A stretch of DNA of 64,000 nucleotides from Octopus sinensis (GCF_006345805.1 NC_043003.1:39246001-39310000); one strand, 5' to 3'. Numbered from the stretch's first letter, positions 1-14,724 are shown. The notes: a model not told the origin generated them from the letters alone. Translations and numbers: made by a program.

Positions 1-244
1 ACGAAAGATAAGATGCCCTTCCCTCTGTATATCTCCATTTAGTTTTCTTTTATTAATTTGCATTTCGAAGTTGTCTCCCTTGACTTTTCAATAAAATTTA
101 TTATTAATGCTGATAACCTTTCTCTTTGTTCGGACTGAGATTTTATTTGACTGAATTGTTTGTTCTGTCAATTACGCCATCTGATTATTCTTCCATTGTT
201 GTGAAAAAATTGCCTTGCAATGCATCTTTACCATCGTATGCGCC

Positions 245-560
245 ATAGGTTAGTGGTTAGAGCGTTCAATTCAAGACAAAAGTTCGTGAATTCAATCCCT
301 GTAATTGGATGCATTTTGTGTCATTGAGCAAGGTACTTCACTTCATGTTACTCTAGTTTATTATCTGCAATGAGTATATCAGCCGAGGGTTGGGGTAACC
401 CTCTTGCCTTTAGCTGTCACGTCTTAGATACACCGTTGTGTCAAGAATCAATGTGCCGAGAGGGTGTCTGCAACTGCTCGCGACTACAGAAACACCTAAA
501 ACATGTTACCAAACCAAATTCAACTCACACATGACTGACAGCTGATTTAGTTAAGTCCTT
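245..560 (+). mobile_element. Old tRNA-derived SINE (family C)
   Basis: tagtggttagagcg...gaattcaatccc...ttgagcaaggtacttcacttcatg resembles the head of the copy at 56595. Confidence 0.5.
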
Positions 561-721
561 TTGCGGTCAACTTTAAATTTCAGTAGGGAAAATATCTACA
601 TGTCACGCTACCTATCACTCCACACTGGATCAATAAAAAAGGATATAAATAATGTAATGTTTGATTGGTCTCTTCGAACTATAAATTGGTGGTCATTTCC
701 AAAGTTAGAATTTCATTAATA

Positions 722-768
722 TTGTAGTAGTAGTAGTAGTGGTGGTGGTGGTGGTGGTGGTGGTGGTG

Positions 769-808
<40 letters not shown>

Positions 809-990
809 CAGCAGCAGCAGCGGCAGGTATTGTTGTTCTTGTTGTTGCTCTAGTTACCATTATTGTCATTGCTGTTGATGTTGTTGTTGCTGCTATTGTT
901 ATTGTTGTGGTTATTCTTGAAGTTCTTTTACTGTTGTTATTATTATTATTATTACTCTTGGTGTTGTTATTGTTATTGCGATTGTGAAGT
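722..990. repeat. Compound trinucleotide microsatellite (GTA/GTG/GCA/GTT/TTA)
   Basis: Directly visible; source of the poly-Val/Leu ORFs. Confidence 0.95.
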
Positions 991-1254
991 TGATCTTTTC
1001 ATTCCGCTGTTGTTGTTGTGCTTTGCCCTTCTACAAAATACCTGTCCTCGTTAAGTATTTGAATATTTTGTATTTAAGCTGTCCTTCTGGCAAATACAGA
1101 AATATTTTCCATCGTGTTGTCTTATTTTTATTGCGTGCATTTTGTTTTCCTGCACAACTAGTAACCAGACACAATTCTGTGTGCCTTCGGTAGTACGTGC
1201 TATTTTATATTATTTTTCAGATCATCATCATCATCATCATCATTATCATTATTA

Positions 1255-1321
<67 letters not shown>

Positions 1322-1470
1322 GAGTGAGAGAGCAGTTCATGCCATCAAAGTGACACTGGGGTAAAATATACGAAGCCCAATATACCCATCATGACTACCC
1401 GTCTGATAAAGGTACACCAGGCACATGCATCACAACCATATGTGGGCGACATGGTTGTGATGCATGTGCC
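1322..1470. mobile_element. Interspersed repeat end, shared with 26050-26640
   Basis: gagtgagagagcagt(t/g)catgccatcaaagtgacactg...aatatacgaag(c/t)ccaatataccc occurs at both sites after ATT tracts; family class not determined. Confidence 0.7.
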
Positions 1471-1494
1471 TTATTATTATTATTATTATTATTA

Positions 1495-1528
<34 letters not shown>

Positions 1529-1655
1529 TTATTATTATTATTATTTTATTCAGTAGCTTTATCTTTATCACGTGCCTTCACTGCACTACCGAGCGCAGTA
1601 CTGTGTGCATTGGGTATATGCCTAGTAGTACTATTTACTGTATGTTATATATATA

Positions 1656-1744
<89 letters not shown>

Positions 1745-3307
1745 AGTCCTGGTGTTTTTGTTATGTATTTGTCTGAATATTTTTTATCATACCCAATGCG
1801 TATTTTTTTTTAATTACACCTAATGCTTATTGCTATTGTTGTTGTTGTTGTGGTTATTTTTATTATTATTATTATTATTATTATCATTATTATCATCATT
1901 ATGTTGTTGTTGAGCTTTTTATGGAAACTACTGCTGTTGCTTGTCCTCGCGGCTTTTTATTTCCTGCGACATTACAAGATGCCATACTTATTCACCACGT
2001 GACATACCATCCTCTGCTATTCAACTGTAACCTTCTCTCCCAGGGTGGGTAAAAAAAAATAAAAAGCGAAATAAAAAACATATCACAGTTATAAAAATAA
2101 TTGGCAATAACCCAAACTTGATTTTCAGTTAACGTTCTACAAAACATCTTCTTCTTCTTCTTCTTCTTCTTCTTCTTTCTTCTTCTTCTTCTTCTTCTTC
2201 TTCTCCTCGTCCTCCTCCTCCTCGTCCTCCTTCTCCTCTTTCACACCCTCTACCTTGTAGACTAAAGTCGATCTCCATCACGTCTGTTATCATTCATGCC
2301 TGCCAACTAGGGAACCAGCCTCTACAAGTTATTTCGACTTTCTAGAAATAGTAACTATATTCTCTCTCGAATCACACCCTAAGAATATATTGGAGGCTTC
2401 AATCACAGACATACTATAACTGAAAAATATGGTTGGATGGTCATAGCTGGAACGCTTTTTTGTCATAGGTTCACCCATTGAAATTTGCTCAGGCGTTAAA
2501 CAAGAGTAAAAACAACAGCGAGGACGTTTATATGTGGTCACTCGATCGCGTAGAAATAACAAGTCATATGTTCATCAAGTAACATACTCTACCTGTCTTA
2601 AAAAGAGGAGTGAATTGGATAATATAGATCTATATCTAAAAGTTAAAAACAAAAAATTCAAGTAGAAACATATAAGCTAAAGACAAAGTTTATCTTAAAA
2701 GAATATATCCCAGGGCCCTGTATGACACGTGTGACAGCTCTAACTTTTCACTGACCATAATTTCAATCTGGTTTTAATTCCCACCTACAATTTCATCACT
2801 GTTTTCACTAATGTATTAAGAAAAGAATACCATGACTTTCCACTCCTTATTTCGCGTATTTTGTTGTGTTTCATACTTGTGATTGCATGCACTAAGCACG
2901 GGTATGGCTACGGAAATATTTTGTAATTATGATAATATATTCATAATTCTATATTAAATATGTTGTTTCATTTGCCAGAGCGTACACACGCACCCGTCGC
3001 ACGCACACTCACATACAAACCGGTTCCCACTCTTATGTATAAACATAATTATGTCAGAATTGAAAATTTCACAGCTTCATTGTTGCTAGTTTCATGCTAA
3101 TCAATCAAGCAATGATTGAATGACTTTGATCATAGGTTTGCGCGGTTAATATTAACCTGAAACTCAGTAACAACGACAACGGCAGTATCGATAATGACAG
3201 TATCGGACATTCTCTTGTTACTTTCGTATTCAAAATGATAGCTAAAACCTATAACAATACTACTGTGCACAAAAGGTGTTAAGCAAAATTTTGTGTAAAT
3301 ATAACTA

Positions 3308-3839
3308 CAGGGTGTCTCAAAAAAATTGACATTATTTGAAATCAGAGTAACTACATGTTCTCGACAAACGAAATTAAATAGGCTCTATGTTGAACAATAA
3401 AAAAATTATTTATCAAAATTCGAACAAGAGATTCAGAAGAATGTAGATTTTATAACCGATTTCACAGAGCTTCACAAATGCTCAATATGCGCACCGCCTA
3501 TGACACGATACACGTCCAGCTCCTTCTAAACACGCTTTAGAATGTCTTGTATAACATTCTCTAGTACCTCAGTGATTCTCTGCTTGAGTTCCTCTAGGCT
3601 TGCAGGAAGAGGTGCGATATAGACCAGTCCTTTCACATAGCCCCATAAAAAAATCACAAGGTGTCAAGTCTGGCGAACAGGATAGCCATGTCAACAGCAC
3701 ATTGTCATTATCACTTGCATGCCCGATTCAAACTTAGATTTTACATATTTGGTTAAAATTTGAGATCATTTGAGTGCGAATTGGCTATGTTGTTAGACTC
3801 AAAAATTACGTCAACTTTTTGGTGGGGTGGGACACCCGG
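3308..3839 (-). mobile_element. Internally deleted Tc1/mariner-superfamily element
   Basis: TA|cagggtgtc...gacacccgg|TA imperfect TIRs; the minus strand gives a decayed C-terminus: SPDLTPCDF/LWGYVKGLVY...SLEELKQRITE...GGAHIEHL. Confidence 0.85.
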
Positions 3840-4329
3840 TATATCAGACCTATGACTTCGTGATCCGTATTTTATGATTGTATGTATTGTTTCTGTAACC
3901 AGGTAATATAACTCTTAATGGCTCACTCTCCTTAAGTCTAAAACATTTTTAATGTGTAACCAAGAAGTATCAAGAAAACAATGAAACACAGAACGCGAGT
4001 AAGCAAGCATATAATTACTCAGGGGATAGAATAAAGTAAAATTCAACGTTTCGGATATTGACCCTTTGTCTGGAATACAAAGTGAAGATGGGGAAAGAGG
4101 TGCGAAGCAGTCAAAGTAAAAACAGCATAAAGAATGAGGAACGGAAATGGAAGAGTAGAAGTGTACTGAATGTACTTTGAAGCCAAAAGGGTGGAACAAA
4201 AATAATCGAAGACTGTGAACAAGTGAAAAAAACAGAAGCTTTTCAAGATTAACTTAGAACCCTGTGTATTAGTCAGATATATTGTAAGTTGTCTCTCTTC
4301 GTGTTCTCTCCTATCGTAGATGACAGATG

Positions 4330-4600
4330 AGAGTTCCACAGCCCGTAGAAATGATTTGTTTATAGAGATCCTATGTTTGGGGTGTACATTAGCTCACGCT
4401 CTCCGTCAAATCGATATTGTCTGTACAAATGCCCAGTGTGCCACAGATCAGATGTCGCAGTACCAGAGACTGCCATCAATTAATCGCAGAGCAACGCGAG
4501 ATGAAGTGTTTGGTTCAAAAACACAATGCACTGCCCGTTGCGAGATTCGAAACTACGATCTTGCGACTGTGGGGTGCAACTGTCTAACCAATAAGCCATG
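4330..4600 (-). mobile_element. Degenerate tRNA-derived SINE
   Basis: Reverse complement begins catggcttattggttagacagttgc...gtagtttcgaatc...gcattgtgtttttgaaccaaacactt (A/B-box-like head). Confidence 0.5.
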
Positions 4601-6099
4601 TACCTTCTGTTTCCCCTCAATGCTCAGTCAAAAAATAATGTAACTTAATCCCTAATATTTCTTCTAAATTCTCTAATATTAATCTACTGTTGCTATTTAT
4701 AATGTTGATAACGTTGGAAATAAACACGCTATTATATTACTAGTACCACACTTGTATTTTTTTTCTTTTTTTGGCAATCTGAACAGTCTTATTCTGGTTA
4801 CTGAATAATTATTAATTTTCTCAAATTTATTATAAATTCATTACTGTGATCTCCAGGCGAGCTGTAGAGTGTTAGAAACGTTAGAGATCTGACCAAATTC
4901 TCTATGGTATTTAGTTGTAGTTGTTCTCAATTCTAATTTATGCAAACTCAAACTGAAAAGTATTCTAACCTCCGCCATCTTATCTGTTTGAGAGTTTGTA
5001 GAACTGAATTTTATAACATATTGTCTCCTTCTCATTCTACAGACAACTGTAGGATGGGATTTGAAGGAGATTTAGTAACAAGAAGAGCGACTTCGTTGGC
5101 TCGTGATACTTAGTTCTTTCGTTAAGCGTTATAACGAATGCGTCGTCTTCTCCACGCTTCCTAAATATACACGGTACACACGCAGATACACACATACACT
5201 GAAAGAGAGAGAGAGAGAGGGAGAGAGAGAGAGAGAGGGAGAGAGAGAGAGGGAGAGAGAGAGAGAGAGAGGGAGGGAGAGAGAGAGAAAAGACGAAAAC
5301 TATCTTGCATTTAATGATTTAATTAACTGGTGGACAGTCGTGGAATTTGCTGTTGTTGTAGACTCCTACTATTTATTTTATCGATCCCGAAAACATGGAA
5401 GATAAATTTGGCTTCGGAGCGATTTGAACTCAGAGCGCAGTAAGCCGGAACAAATGCCATAGAACATCTTGCTCGACTCTCTAACATTTTCGCCAATCCA
5501 CCCTTCTTGAATTGTTTCCCTGTTTTATCAACCACGGTAGAAAGAATGAAAGGCAGAAGTGGGACTTGAATTCAGTGCTCAGGGAATCAGAATAAACATC
5601 ACGATGCATTCTATCCAACACTCTGAAACCACTCTGCTAATTCGCCGCCGAGTAAACCTATCTAAAATATCAATTTCTCTATTTGCCACCTTATTAGCAA
5701 TTACTATACTATATCGCAAGGCGATAAGTACCCAACCGTTAATGAAATCAATGTTACAGGTACCGTTTTGTTAAGTCAACAATGCGACATGGGTTCCATA
5801 CCATAGTGGAACTGCTTTACATAATTTATCTCACTATTGTAATGAACGACTCAATTTCTCATAACAGTTCTATATATTCTGAGATGAGGAAATTTTAGTC
5901 GGAGTGGTGTCCTTATCTTGATTGTTACTTGATTGTTACTTTCGGTTGGGGTACGTTACAGCCTTCTTCAGGTGTCTTACGATTCACCTTAGTGCTTTGC
6001 CTGCGATTGAACTCAGAACTTCTAGGTGGCTGCACTCATAACAGTTTTTAAAAATCATAGACTTTATGGTTTCATATTCTTTTAATCTTAGGCATTTAA

Positions 6100-6425
6100 C
6101 TAAGGCCATGCTGGAGCACTACCTTTAAGGGGTTTTTTTTTAGTCGAAGAAATCGACCCCCAGGATTTATTCTCTGTAAGCCTAGTACTTATTCTATCGG
6201 TCTCTTTTGCTGAACCGCTAATTTACAGGGACGTAAACACACCAACATCAGTTGTCGAGAGATGGTGGGAGGACAAACACTGACACAAAGACACACACAC
6301 ACACACACACGCACACACACATATATATGACGGACTTCTTTCAGTTTCCGTCTACCAAATACACTCACAAGGTATTGTTCGGCCCGAGGCTATAGCAGAA
6401 GAAACTTGCCCAGAGTGCCACGCAG
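6100..6425 (-). mobile_element. SINE family A copy
   Basis: ggccatgctggagcac...cgaccccaggat...gaaccgctaa...acttgcccagagtgccacgcag; the same family recurs at least 9 times. Confidence 0.9.
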
Positions 6426-6963
6426 ATCGTTATTACTTTTTTTTAGTTTATTAATTTTTTTCTACGTGCCACACGAGATTGTTGTAACCATAAACTAAAT
6501 ACGGAATAATTGCTTGCCATGTTTCCACAAATACAACCGTATGTTCTTCCATCTACCCCAGTCCTCGAGTATTCTGGGAGATGTAAAAAAAGTACTTCTG
6601 TGAAAAACACTTATAAAAAGAAACCATTACGGCTGTTCTAGATACTGTTGTTACTGTTGCTGTTGTTGTTGTTGTTGTTGTTGTTGTTCATGCTGCTGGT
6701 GTTGTTATTATTATTATCATTATTAATAGTAGTAGTATCGCGTTCATTAAGAATACCTGCTGCAAACACCATCGTTCAATTGACAGCCCAGTCTTGCCAC
6801 TGGAGTGTAACCTCTTTTGCTGAGTAGGGGGTATAAAACCTTTGGCAAACACCCAACTGCTGACTGTTAACATTGCACACATTTCCCACCCTCCATTATT
6901 AATATTATCTTTTTTTTTCTATTGCCGTTGTTTTCGTCATCGTTGTCATTGCCGTTATTGCCG

Positions 6964-7000
<37 letters not shown>

Positions 7001-7195
7001 CAATCTGCTCCTCATCACTATCATCCATTTTCTTACCATTATTATTGCTAGTGAATCGGTGCTGACAAAAGTGACGACGGCTTAAATATAGAGATCGTCT
7101 TTGAATAAGAGAAAATGTTTCTTTTTTAATTCTACATACAGTACTTATTATCAAAAGGATAAAAGAGGGAATGAAATCAAAACATGCTTTGTGTT

Positions 7196-7233
<38 letters not shown>

Positions 7234-8379
7234 GAGGTATGATGCTTGTATCACACTTATCATTCACTTTCGATCGTTTCAATAACATGTTGGACTGATA
7301 ATTCAAATCGCTGGAACAAAAATAAACAATGATTATGCAAAATTAATGCGATATTAAATGAGACCCAAATGCGACCCGTTTCATTAAGACCTTCGAAAGA
7401 TGTTATACGCTTGCACCTGGATAAACTCGGTTGTACAAGGTCTTATAATGCGGTAGCGAGAAAGTAACCATATTGAGATGCGCATAATGAAAGGCAAAAA
7501 TTAAAAGGATAAAATACAGAAATGCACGTATATTACTTGATAAAATCGATTGTAGCGTTGAGGTTGTTTAGTTTAGGCAAGATGAAAGATGGGCGGTATA
7601 AGAAAGGCTGAGAGGAAGGTATTCAACTTTGTGTAGCAATAAACACAACGATATTCACAAAAAGACATTAATTAGGAGAAATGGGTGTGCCAAGAGAAAC
7701 ATCAAAGAGACTGCGATGATGAAAGGGAGAAGAACGAAGAGAATGATAGAGAGAAAAGGCGATAGAAAAAAAATATAAGACGATTATGAAGAATAGAAAA
7801 CTAGAGACAGAAATAACGACGTGCAATTAAAGGCATTGAGAAATCACTGCTGTTGCAATTATTTTGAAATATTTTGGAATGCTTTGAATTTATGCTACTT
7901 CTGTCGCACATTACGAATTTTAATTCAGCTTGTCGTTTAATTGTGACACTAATAGTTTTTTTAATCAATGTTTTTGTCTTAGCATGCGGTTGCCAGTGGA
8001 TACTTATTACCGACGAAGCGTCGTGAGGCAGAAACGCGCATTCAGCAAGGCTATTACCGTTACTGAACAATTTCCGCCTGTGTCCTAACACTATTAATCG
8101 ATAGAAATGCTATTCCTGGGGGAATACTGCAGTGTATTAGGCTTTCAACGATGTATCTACTTTAGATATGACACGCACATGCTATTTTAAACTAATAGTT
8201 ATTTCGTCAGAGATATATATATATATATATATCTATATATATATGTTTTTCTGTGTCCCTTTCTGTAGAAGAGCGTAGGCTCGAAACATAAAAGACTTTT
8301 TTCTATTCCTGGCGTTATACTAATACAACTGTTTGTTTTGTACACCACTCGTCTTCGTCTTTTTTTTTTCGTAAACTCT

Positions 8380-8439
<60 letters not shown>

Positions 8440-8519
8440 CTTACATACATCGCATAGATATTCACATTTAAACACATACACACGCACACATGCATATACT
8501 TTTTTTATCGTTTATATTT

Positions 8520-8690
8520 TACTGGTGTCAGTTATTGGACTGCGAGTAGTCAACAGATCGACCCAAGTACGCTATTCCCAGATTGGCACTCATTCTATCT
8601 CACCTTTTGCCGAACCGCTATGTTATGGGGACGTAAACAAACTAATATCGGTTGACAACCTGTTGGGTGACAAACGCAAAAATACACCGA
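8520..8690 (-). mobile_element. SINE family A, partial
   Basis: cagttattggactgcg...tttgccgaaccgctatgttatggggacgtaaac. Confidence 0.7.
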
Positions 8691-9379
8691 TATAAATAAG
8701 GGAAATGTCGAAAGCTGCCTTCTTTCAGTCGAAGGTTTTCGGCTTTTGTTTTTACATGTTATTAATCATAGCTTTACGTCTGCTTCGAGAACATAAAAAA
8801 ACAAAAACATAGAAAACAAACTTTTTCCGAACAACTAAAGAAACAAGACAAGCAACATAGAGAACATTCCCTTCATGAGTTGTCCCCTGTTTTATCTACT
8901 ACGTGTTTCGAAGGTAGGGACAAGACACGACTTCATTAAAACAATCCTTCCCGGAAAGCAAATTAAATAACATTTGGGATTTTTTGCGGAGGGTTAAAAT
9001 GGTAACAAGAACAGGATAGAAGAACAAAACAGTAAAAACAAACGGTGAGGGTTCTTAAGCCAAGACGATGTGATGTGGTGAACGCTGGAAAAACGAACTT
9101 TGAGGTAAAAGCACGTCTTGTCTTTAGGAAGGAAGTGGAAGAAAGAAAGATAGATAACCGTTGGTCACGTGTGAGCAACAAGAGAGTCAAGGAGGAAGAG
9201 TGAGAGAGAGAGGAGAGAGGGAACGATGAAGGGTGGGGAGAAGAATAGAGAAAGGGTGAGAGAGAAAAACAGAAAGGAAGAAGAATAAGAGAGGGAGATA
9301 GAAGAATAGAGATAAGATAAGAGTGCGCATCGAAATTATGAAGTTAAAACTTACTTGGAAATGGATACATACAAGCATT

Positions 9380-9447
<68 letters not shown>

Positions 9448-9520
9448 CAGATAGATAGATAGATAGATAAATGGATAGACAGACATTTAGATATACAAAT
9501 GGATAGACAGACAGACAGAC

Positions 9521-9582
<62 letters not shown>

Positions 9583-9839
9583 AGTTGATGGATCGTTACT
9601 TTTCCTCAGGGATTCGTTCTATGATTGCTTGAACGAACTCTTCGTGTAAAACTCTGAGTAGCTATTGAGTGAATCACATCCCTTACACAAATAAATATGT
9701 TCGTGTAATACGAATATTGCGTATTTTTTTTCTCGATGGTATTCCTAAGCAGAAACGCACATACACATTCACACACATACACACCTATACAGACATATAC
9801 AAACATGTGTGAATTGTGTGTGTGTGTGTGTGTGAGTGT

Positions 9840-9884
<45 letters not shown>

Positions 9885-10149
9885 TGTGTGTTGCGCGTGT
9901 GTAAATATAGAAGAAAGCCCAACCGTGTAAATGTAGACAAACAATTACATGACAGACATAACTGGTATTGTAACAAGAGACAACATGCCCAGAATAATTA
10001 TGCTAGCTGATGCTGTTATTTCTACTGTTTGCGCTGCCTTCTACGCTATGTATATAAGACAAACTAGTTGCTGCTTTCTGGAAAGGTTAAGAACACACAC
10101 ACACACACACACACACCACACACACACACACGACACACGACACGCACTT

Positions 10150-10372
10150 TCCTGGCAGAAATGTTAGCACGCCGGGCGAAATACGTAGTCGTATTTCGTC
10201 TGCCGTTACGTCCTGATTTCAAATTCCGCCGAGGTCGACTTTGCCTTTCATCTTTTCGGGATCGATTAAATAAGTACCAGTTACGCACTGGGGTCGATAT
10301 AATCGACTTAATCCAGTTGTCTGTCCTTATTTGTCCTCTCTGTGTTTAGCCCCTTGTGGGTAGTAAAGAAAT
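10150..10372 (+). mobile_element. SINE family B copy (near full length) ending in (AT)n
   Basis: ctggcagaaatgttagcacgccgggcg...aaattccgccgaggtcgactttgcctttcatc...gccccttgtgggtagtaaagaaat. Confidence 0.9.
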
Positions 10373-10381
10373 ATATATATA

Positions 10382-10645
10382 TATATATATATGAAAAAAC
10401 AAGTCAAAAATAGAAAATGCTAAGATGATTTTATAATGAATCTTTCAGTACCGGTTTCGGTCATTTTGAGACCTTTTCAACTGTAACGATTAAATAATTA
10501 AATTTAGAAAAATTTAGAAAAATTAGAAGAAAGGTTTTTTTAAAGGAATACTTCCATAGTAGTGTTCAGATATAGGTGGTATTCTGCCTTTCTCTGACTC
10601 CCTTGTTTGCACTTGTGTATTCGAGGTCGTTGTGAGTTCTTGAGG
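10382..10645 (-). mobile_element. Solo Penelope-type terminal repeat containing a hammerhead motif
   Basis: Similar to 16470-16720, the end of the Penelope element. Confidence 0.7.
10446..10483 (-). ncRNA. Minimal type I hammerhead ribozyme with U3-A8 variant core
   Basis: Minus strand: cag UUGAAAA GGUC-ucaaaau-GACC GAAA CCGG U A cug; stem II 4 bp, palindromic stem III ACCGGU, GUA site, stem I 3 bp. Confidence 0.55.
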
Positions 10646-10779
10646 GGGTGGGAGTGGGAAAATCTGGGCTGGTCAGATATGTATATATATGTATTTATGT
10701 ATACATATGTATGTATATATATATATTATATATATGTATATGTATGTATGTATATGTACGTAAGTAAGTATCTATATAT

Positions 10780-10848
<69 letters not shown>

Positions 10849-10931
10849 ATGCTTGTATATATATGTATATATGTAGGTATGTACATATATGTGTGTATAT
10901 ATGCATATATATATACATATATATATATATA

Positions 10932-11735
10932 GAAGGTGCGGTGAATGAATTGCCGTCTGAATTGCGCAAAACTGAAAATAACAGACATCTCATTTTAACA
11001 GATATTTTCACCAAAATTTCATAAAGAGTAAATTTATTCAATAAAATCGGTTTTGGCTTCAACCACGGCCTCCAGACGACTTCGGAATCTCCTGCAACTC
11101 TTCTAGACGGTCTCCTTATTTAAATAATCCTTGCTTTCACTACATCGTTGGTGTTACAAGGAGTTTTGTTGGTCTCTTGCTCAACTGCGCCCCACATATA
11201 ATAATCAAGGGAGTTGCAGACTGGGAAGTTAGATGGCCTGATGTTAGGGGTGATATGGTCGCAGAAATTGTCTGACAGCCATGATTAGGTTCTCATGCTT
11301 GTGTGGCATGGTGCAGAGTCATGTTGGCAGACAGGGTTTTCTAGGATCCACCCTTTTGACACTGGGCAACACTACCTCCTGCCGGAACTTGAGTGTGAGG
11401 CCGTGTGGAAAGATGAATGGAGAAACAACGTCGCTATCACGAGTGATCACTTCAAACACCATGATGACTGGATGTTCGATTTTTATCACTCTCGGTACAT
11501 GTCCTCAGATTGCACTGTCCTCCGATTGACACCCAAACACTTTGTAATGTTTGTATTGGAGCTTCCGGCACGAATGCCAAAACAACAAAACAAGTCGTGT
11601 CCAAATTTCTAACAGGGTGAATTGCGTCATGGTGCTGTTTTTCTCACAGACGGTGCACAACTGACCTTACTATACTGTGTTGTCGACAGAATATAAAACT
11701 AGCAATGCGCATGTGCGAAATAAAGATAGAATCAG
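10932..11735 (-). mobile_element. Tc1/mariner-superfamily (maT/DD37D-like) deleted copy
   Basis: Reverse-complement homologue of 59698-60515; decayed coding motifs VMVF.VIT.DG.V..PFIFP.GL and PSNFPVCNSLDYY(M/V)WGAVE. Confidence 0.8.
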
Positions 11736-12239
11736 GTTCTTGAAAAAATATGCACTAGCTAGGGTTAGATAAGACTGTGGTTGGATAAACCTATGGGTGG
11801 ATAAAATTGTGGTTGGTAAATACGAAATAGGATGTACCGGTTGTGTACACAGAGAAAATAAACCCTGTGAGTACATAGCGCCTAGGGACTGGTCCAAAGC
11901 ACGCGTTACGTTGAATTGTCCGTTGTTGGACGCCCTAGAGTGTCCGATAAGTCGTAATTCCTCTTCATGTATTATAATCAATGGAATAATAACAGACGAT
12001 GGATAAAATTTAGCTCAATACAGGTGTTTCTTACGCAGTCATCAGATGAAAATTAGTTTTACAAACAAGAGAATATCCTTAGAATACAGCAGGGACGTGA
12101 CTGAAGCTTGTCGAAGTTATTAAAATATGTGTAAGAAACAGTTGTAATGAGCTGACATTTATCCATCGTCTGTTATTATTCATTTGATTATATGCACACA
12201 CACAGACGTACATATACATAATCTATCTATCTATCTATC

Positions 12240-12381
<142 letters not shown>

Positions 12382-12589
12382 TATATATATATATATATAC
12401 ATACATATATATATACACATATATATATAGATACCAAATATAAACGTTGTTATTTATTATTTTGCACATTACTTAATCATCGTTATAATTTTTTATCTTA
12501 TATCTAATTTTTCTATAATATGTATTTTTCTAGATGGTGTATTTAATTTTTCATTATTGATTGATAAAAGGTGTTTTTTCCAATTTATA

Positions 12590-12627
<38 letters not shown>

Positions 12628-12859
12628 GTATTATATTAAATTAGAGACAAAACCACTATTAGGCAAATCATAGAATGAAAAACTTAAGCCAATACATAAG
12701 ATCATTTAATTTATATTATTTAAATATATAACAAAATTATTAAAAAAATATAATTAATATAACACTTCGATCGTTTCATGGCTGTTAATTTCTTTAAATT
12801 TTCGAGTTACAGTCATTCATCAGGTGGTTTAAATATTTATCTTGGCGAGGTTTAAACAT

Positions 12860-12893
<34 letters not shown>

Positions 12894-13085
12894 TGTGTGT
12901 GTGTGTGGTATCTGTGTATGTGTGAGTATATGTATGAAATTTTAATCGACCTGTGACTATGAAAAACAAATATCAGTTGAAAGATATGTACTAATACGAC
13001 ATGGCGATCCGTGTTCAGTACTCGATCAGTCCTAAAATAAAGCATGTTATGCACTTAAATGTGTGCGTGTGTGTGTGTGTGTGTT

Positions 13086-13126
<41 letters not shown>

Positions 13127-14261
13127 TTGTGTGAGTGTTTGTGGATCCGTACTGGAGCTTTTGGATGTGTGCATGTTTTTTGCATGCGTGTGTGTATATG
13201 TGTGCATGCGTGTGTTTGTTGATGAGTACAGGCGTTCGTGATTGGGTGTATATGCTTGTGTATGAGTGCCTGTGTTTGCGTGCATGTGTGCATGTGAATG
13301 TGTCTGTGTCTGTATATGTGTATTTTTGTGAACGTGTATTAGGGTTTCTGGAAGTGTGCATGTGTTTACCTTTGTATATATGTGTTTGTGAGTTGGTGGA
13401 TATATTTGTGGATTTCTTTTTATGTGTGTTTGTGTGTGTGTGTCTGTGTATGTGTGAGTGCGCGTGCGTGTATTTGAAGGTGCGTGCATTTGTTTTTGCG
13501 TTAGAACAGATCTCCTTTCAAACATGCTATATTTGAAGCACGGCCGTGTTCTAGTTTTATCTTTTCTTTATTATTATTTCTCCGTAACTATTTTTCGCTG
13601 TTCGCGTTGATTGACATGCTTACAACAACAAACACGTAGTCTTTGAAGAAGATTTTGAAAATAATTTCATCCTCAGATTAATCATTCAACATATTTCTTG
13701 CACTAATTAATGTCATTCAGAGATGTAAACAAATTTTATTGCATCTGAGAGTATAGAAAAACATGAACGAGTACCTGTTTGGGAATAAAGAGTGTTCCCG
13801 TTGAGATATGACATTGTGTAATACGAGAGTTGTCCTTCCCCTCTCACTCTTTGGATATATTATATATATATATATATATCAACGCTGGAGTTGAACTAGG
13901 GACAGCTAATGAAGGGGATTTTTCCTTGTGTATTTGTCTTGTACTCTGTTTTTTCGTTGTTAAAAAAATGGTCCGTTCGATGCTGTTTTTGCGTTTTCGT
14001 TTCTCGTTGAGTTCTACGTCTATTTGTGGTGTCCTGTACACACGTATATATATTTATATATGCATGTATATATACATGTAGATGTAGGTACGTACATATA
14101 TGTTTGTATGTATGCATATATTTTATTTATTACACTATTGTATGACTGAGCGCCTTCGCGTCGATTCGATTCGATTCGTTTGGTTTGGTTTGGTTTCTTC
14201 TTCTTCACTAAGCTGGTTTATATATATATATATATATATTCTTTTATTCTTTTACTTTTTT

Positions 14262-14470
14262 CAGTCATTTGACTGCGACCATACTGGAGCACCAGCTTGA
14301 AGGATGGATTTCAGCCGAACAAATCGGCCCCAGGACTTCTTTTTTTAAAGCGTAGTACTTATACTATCGGTCTCTGATTGCCGAACGGCTAAATTATGGG
14401 GACGTAAACATACGAACACCGGTTGTCAAGTGGTGACAAGGAGACAAACAGACGTAATGACACGCATACT
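14262..14470 (-). mobile_element. SINE family A, partial
   Basis: ttcagtcatttgactgcgaccatactggagcacc...gccgaacggctaa...ggacgtaaac. Confidence 0.85.
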
Positions 14471-14488
14471 TAGATACACCCCATATTT

Positions 14489-14553
<65 letters not shown>

Positions 14554-14724
14554 GAGAGAAAGAGAGGGTACATATATAGACATACGTATATGTATATATG
14601 TATATATATATATATAATTATAATATATATATATATATACATATATAAATTTATATACATACATATATATGCAAATATATATACGTATATAATTTTATAT
14701 ATATACATACATATACTTATATAA

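Noticed and set aside
739-1813. Poly-Val/Leu/Ile/Tyr ORFs
   Set aside because: Translations of trinucleotide and (TA)n microsatellites. The same applies to the many YI-, HT-, CV-, RE- and poly-K ORFs across the track.
1901-2050. Signal-peptide-like MLLLSFLWKLLLLLVLAAF and a CNLLSQG resemblance to the iGluR ATD
   Set aside because: The two features are in different frames, partly arise from a GTT repeat, and have no convincing splice path.
6690-6830. MLLVLLLLLSLLIVVVSRS signal-peptide-like ORF
   Set aside because: The hydrophobic stretch is a TTA/GTA microsatellite by-product.
13600-13710. VFEEDFENNFILRLIIQHI resemblance to IR25a LYDDSF...LLQNI
   Set aside because: Bounded by stops, with no donor before the downstream stop.
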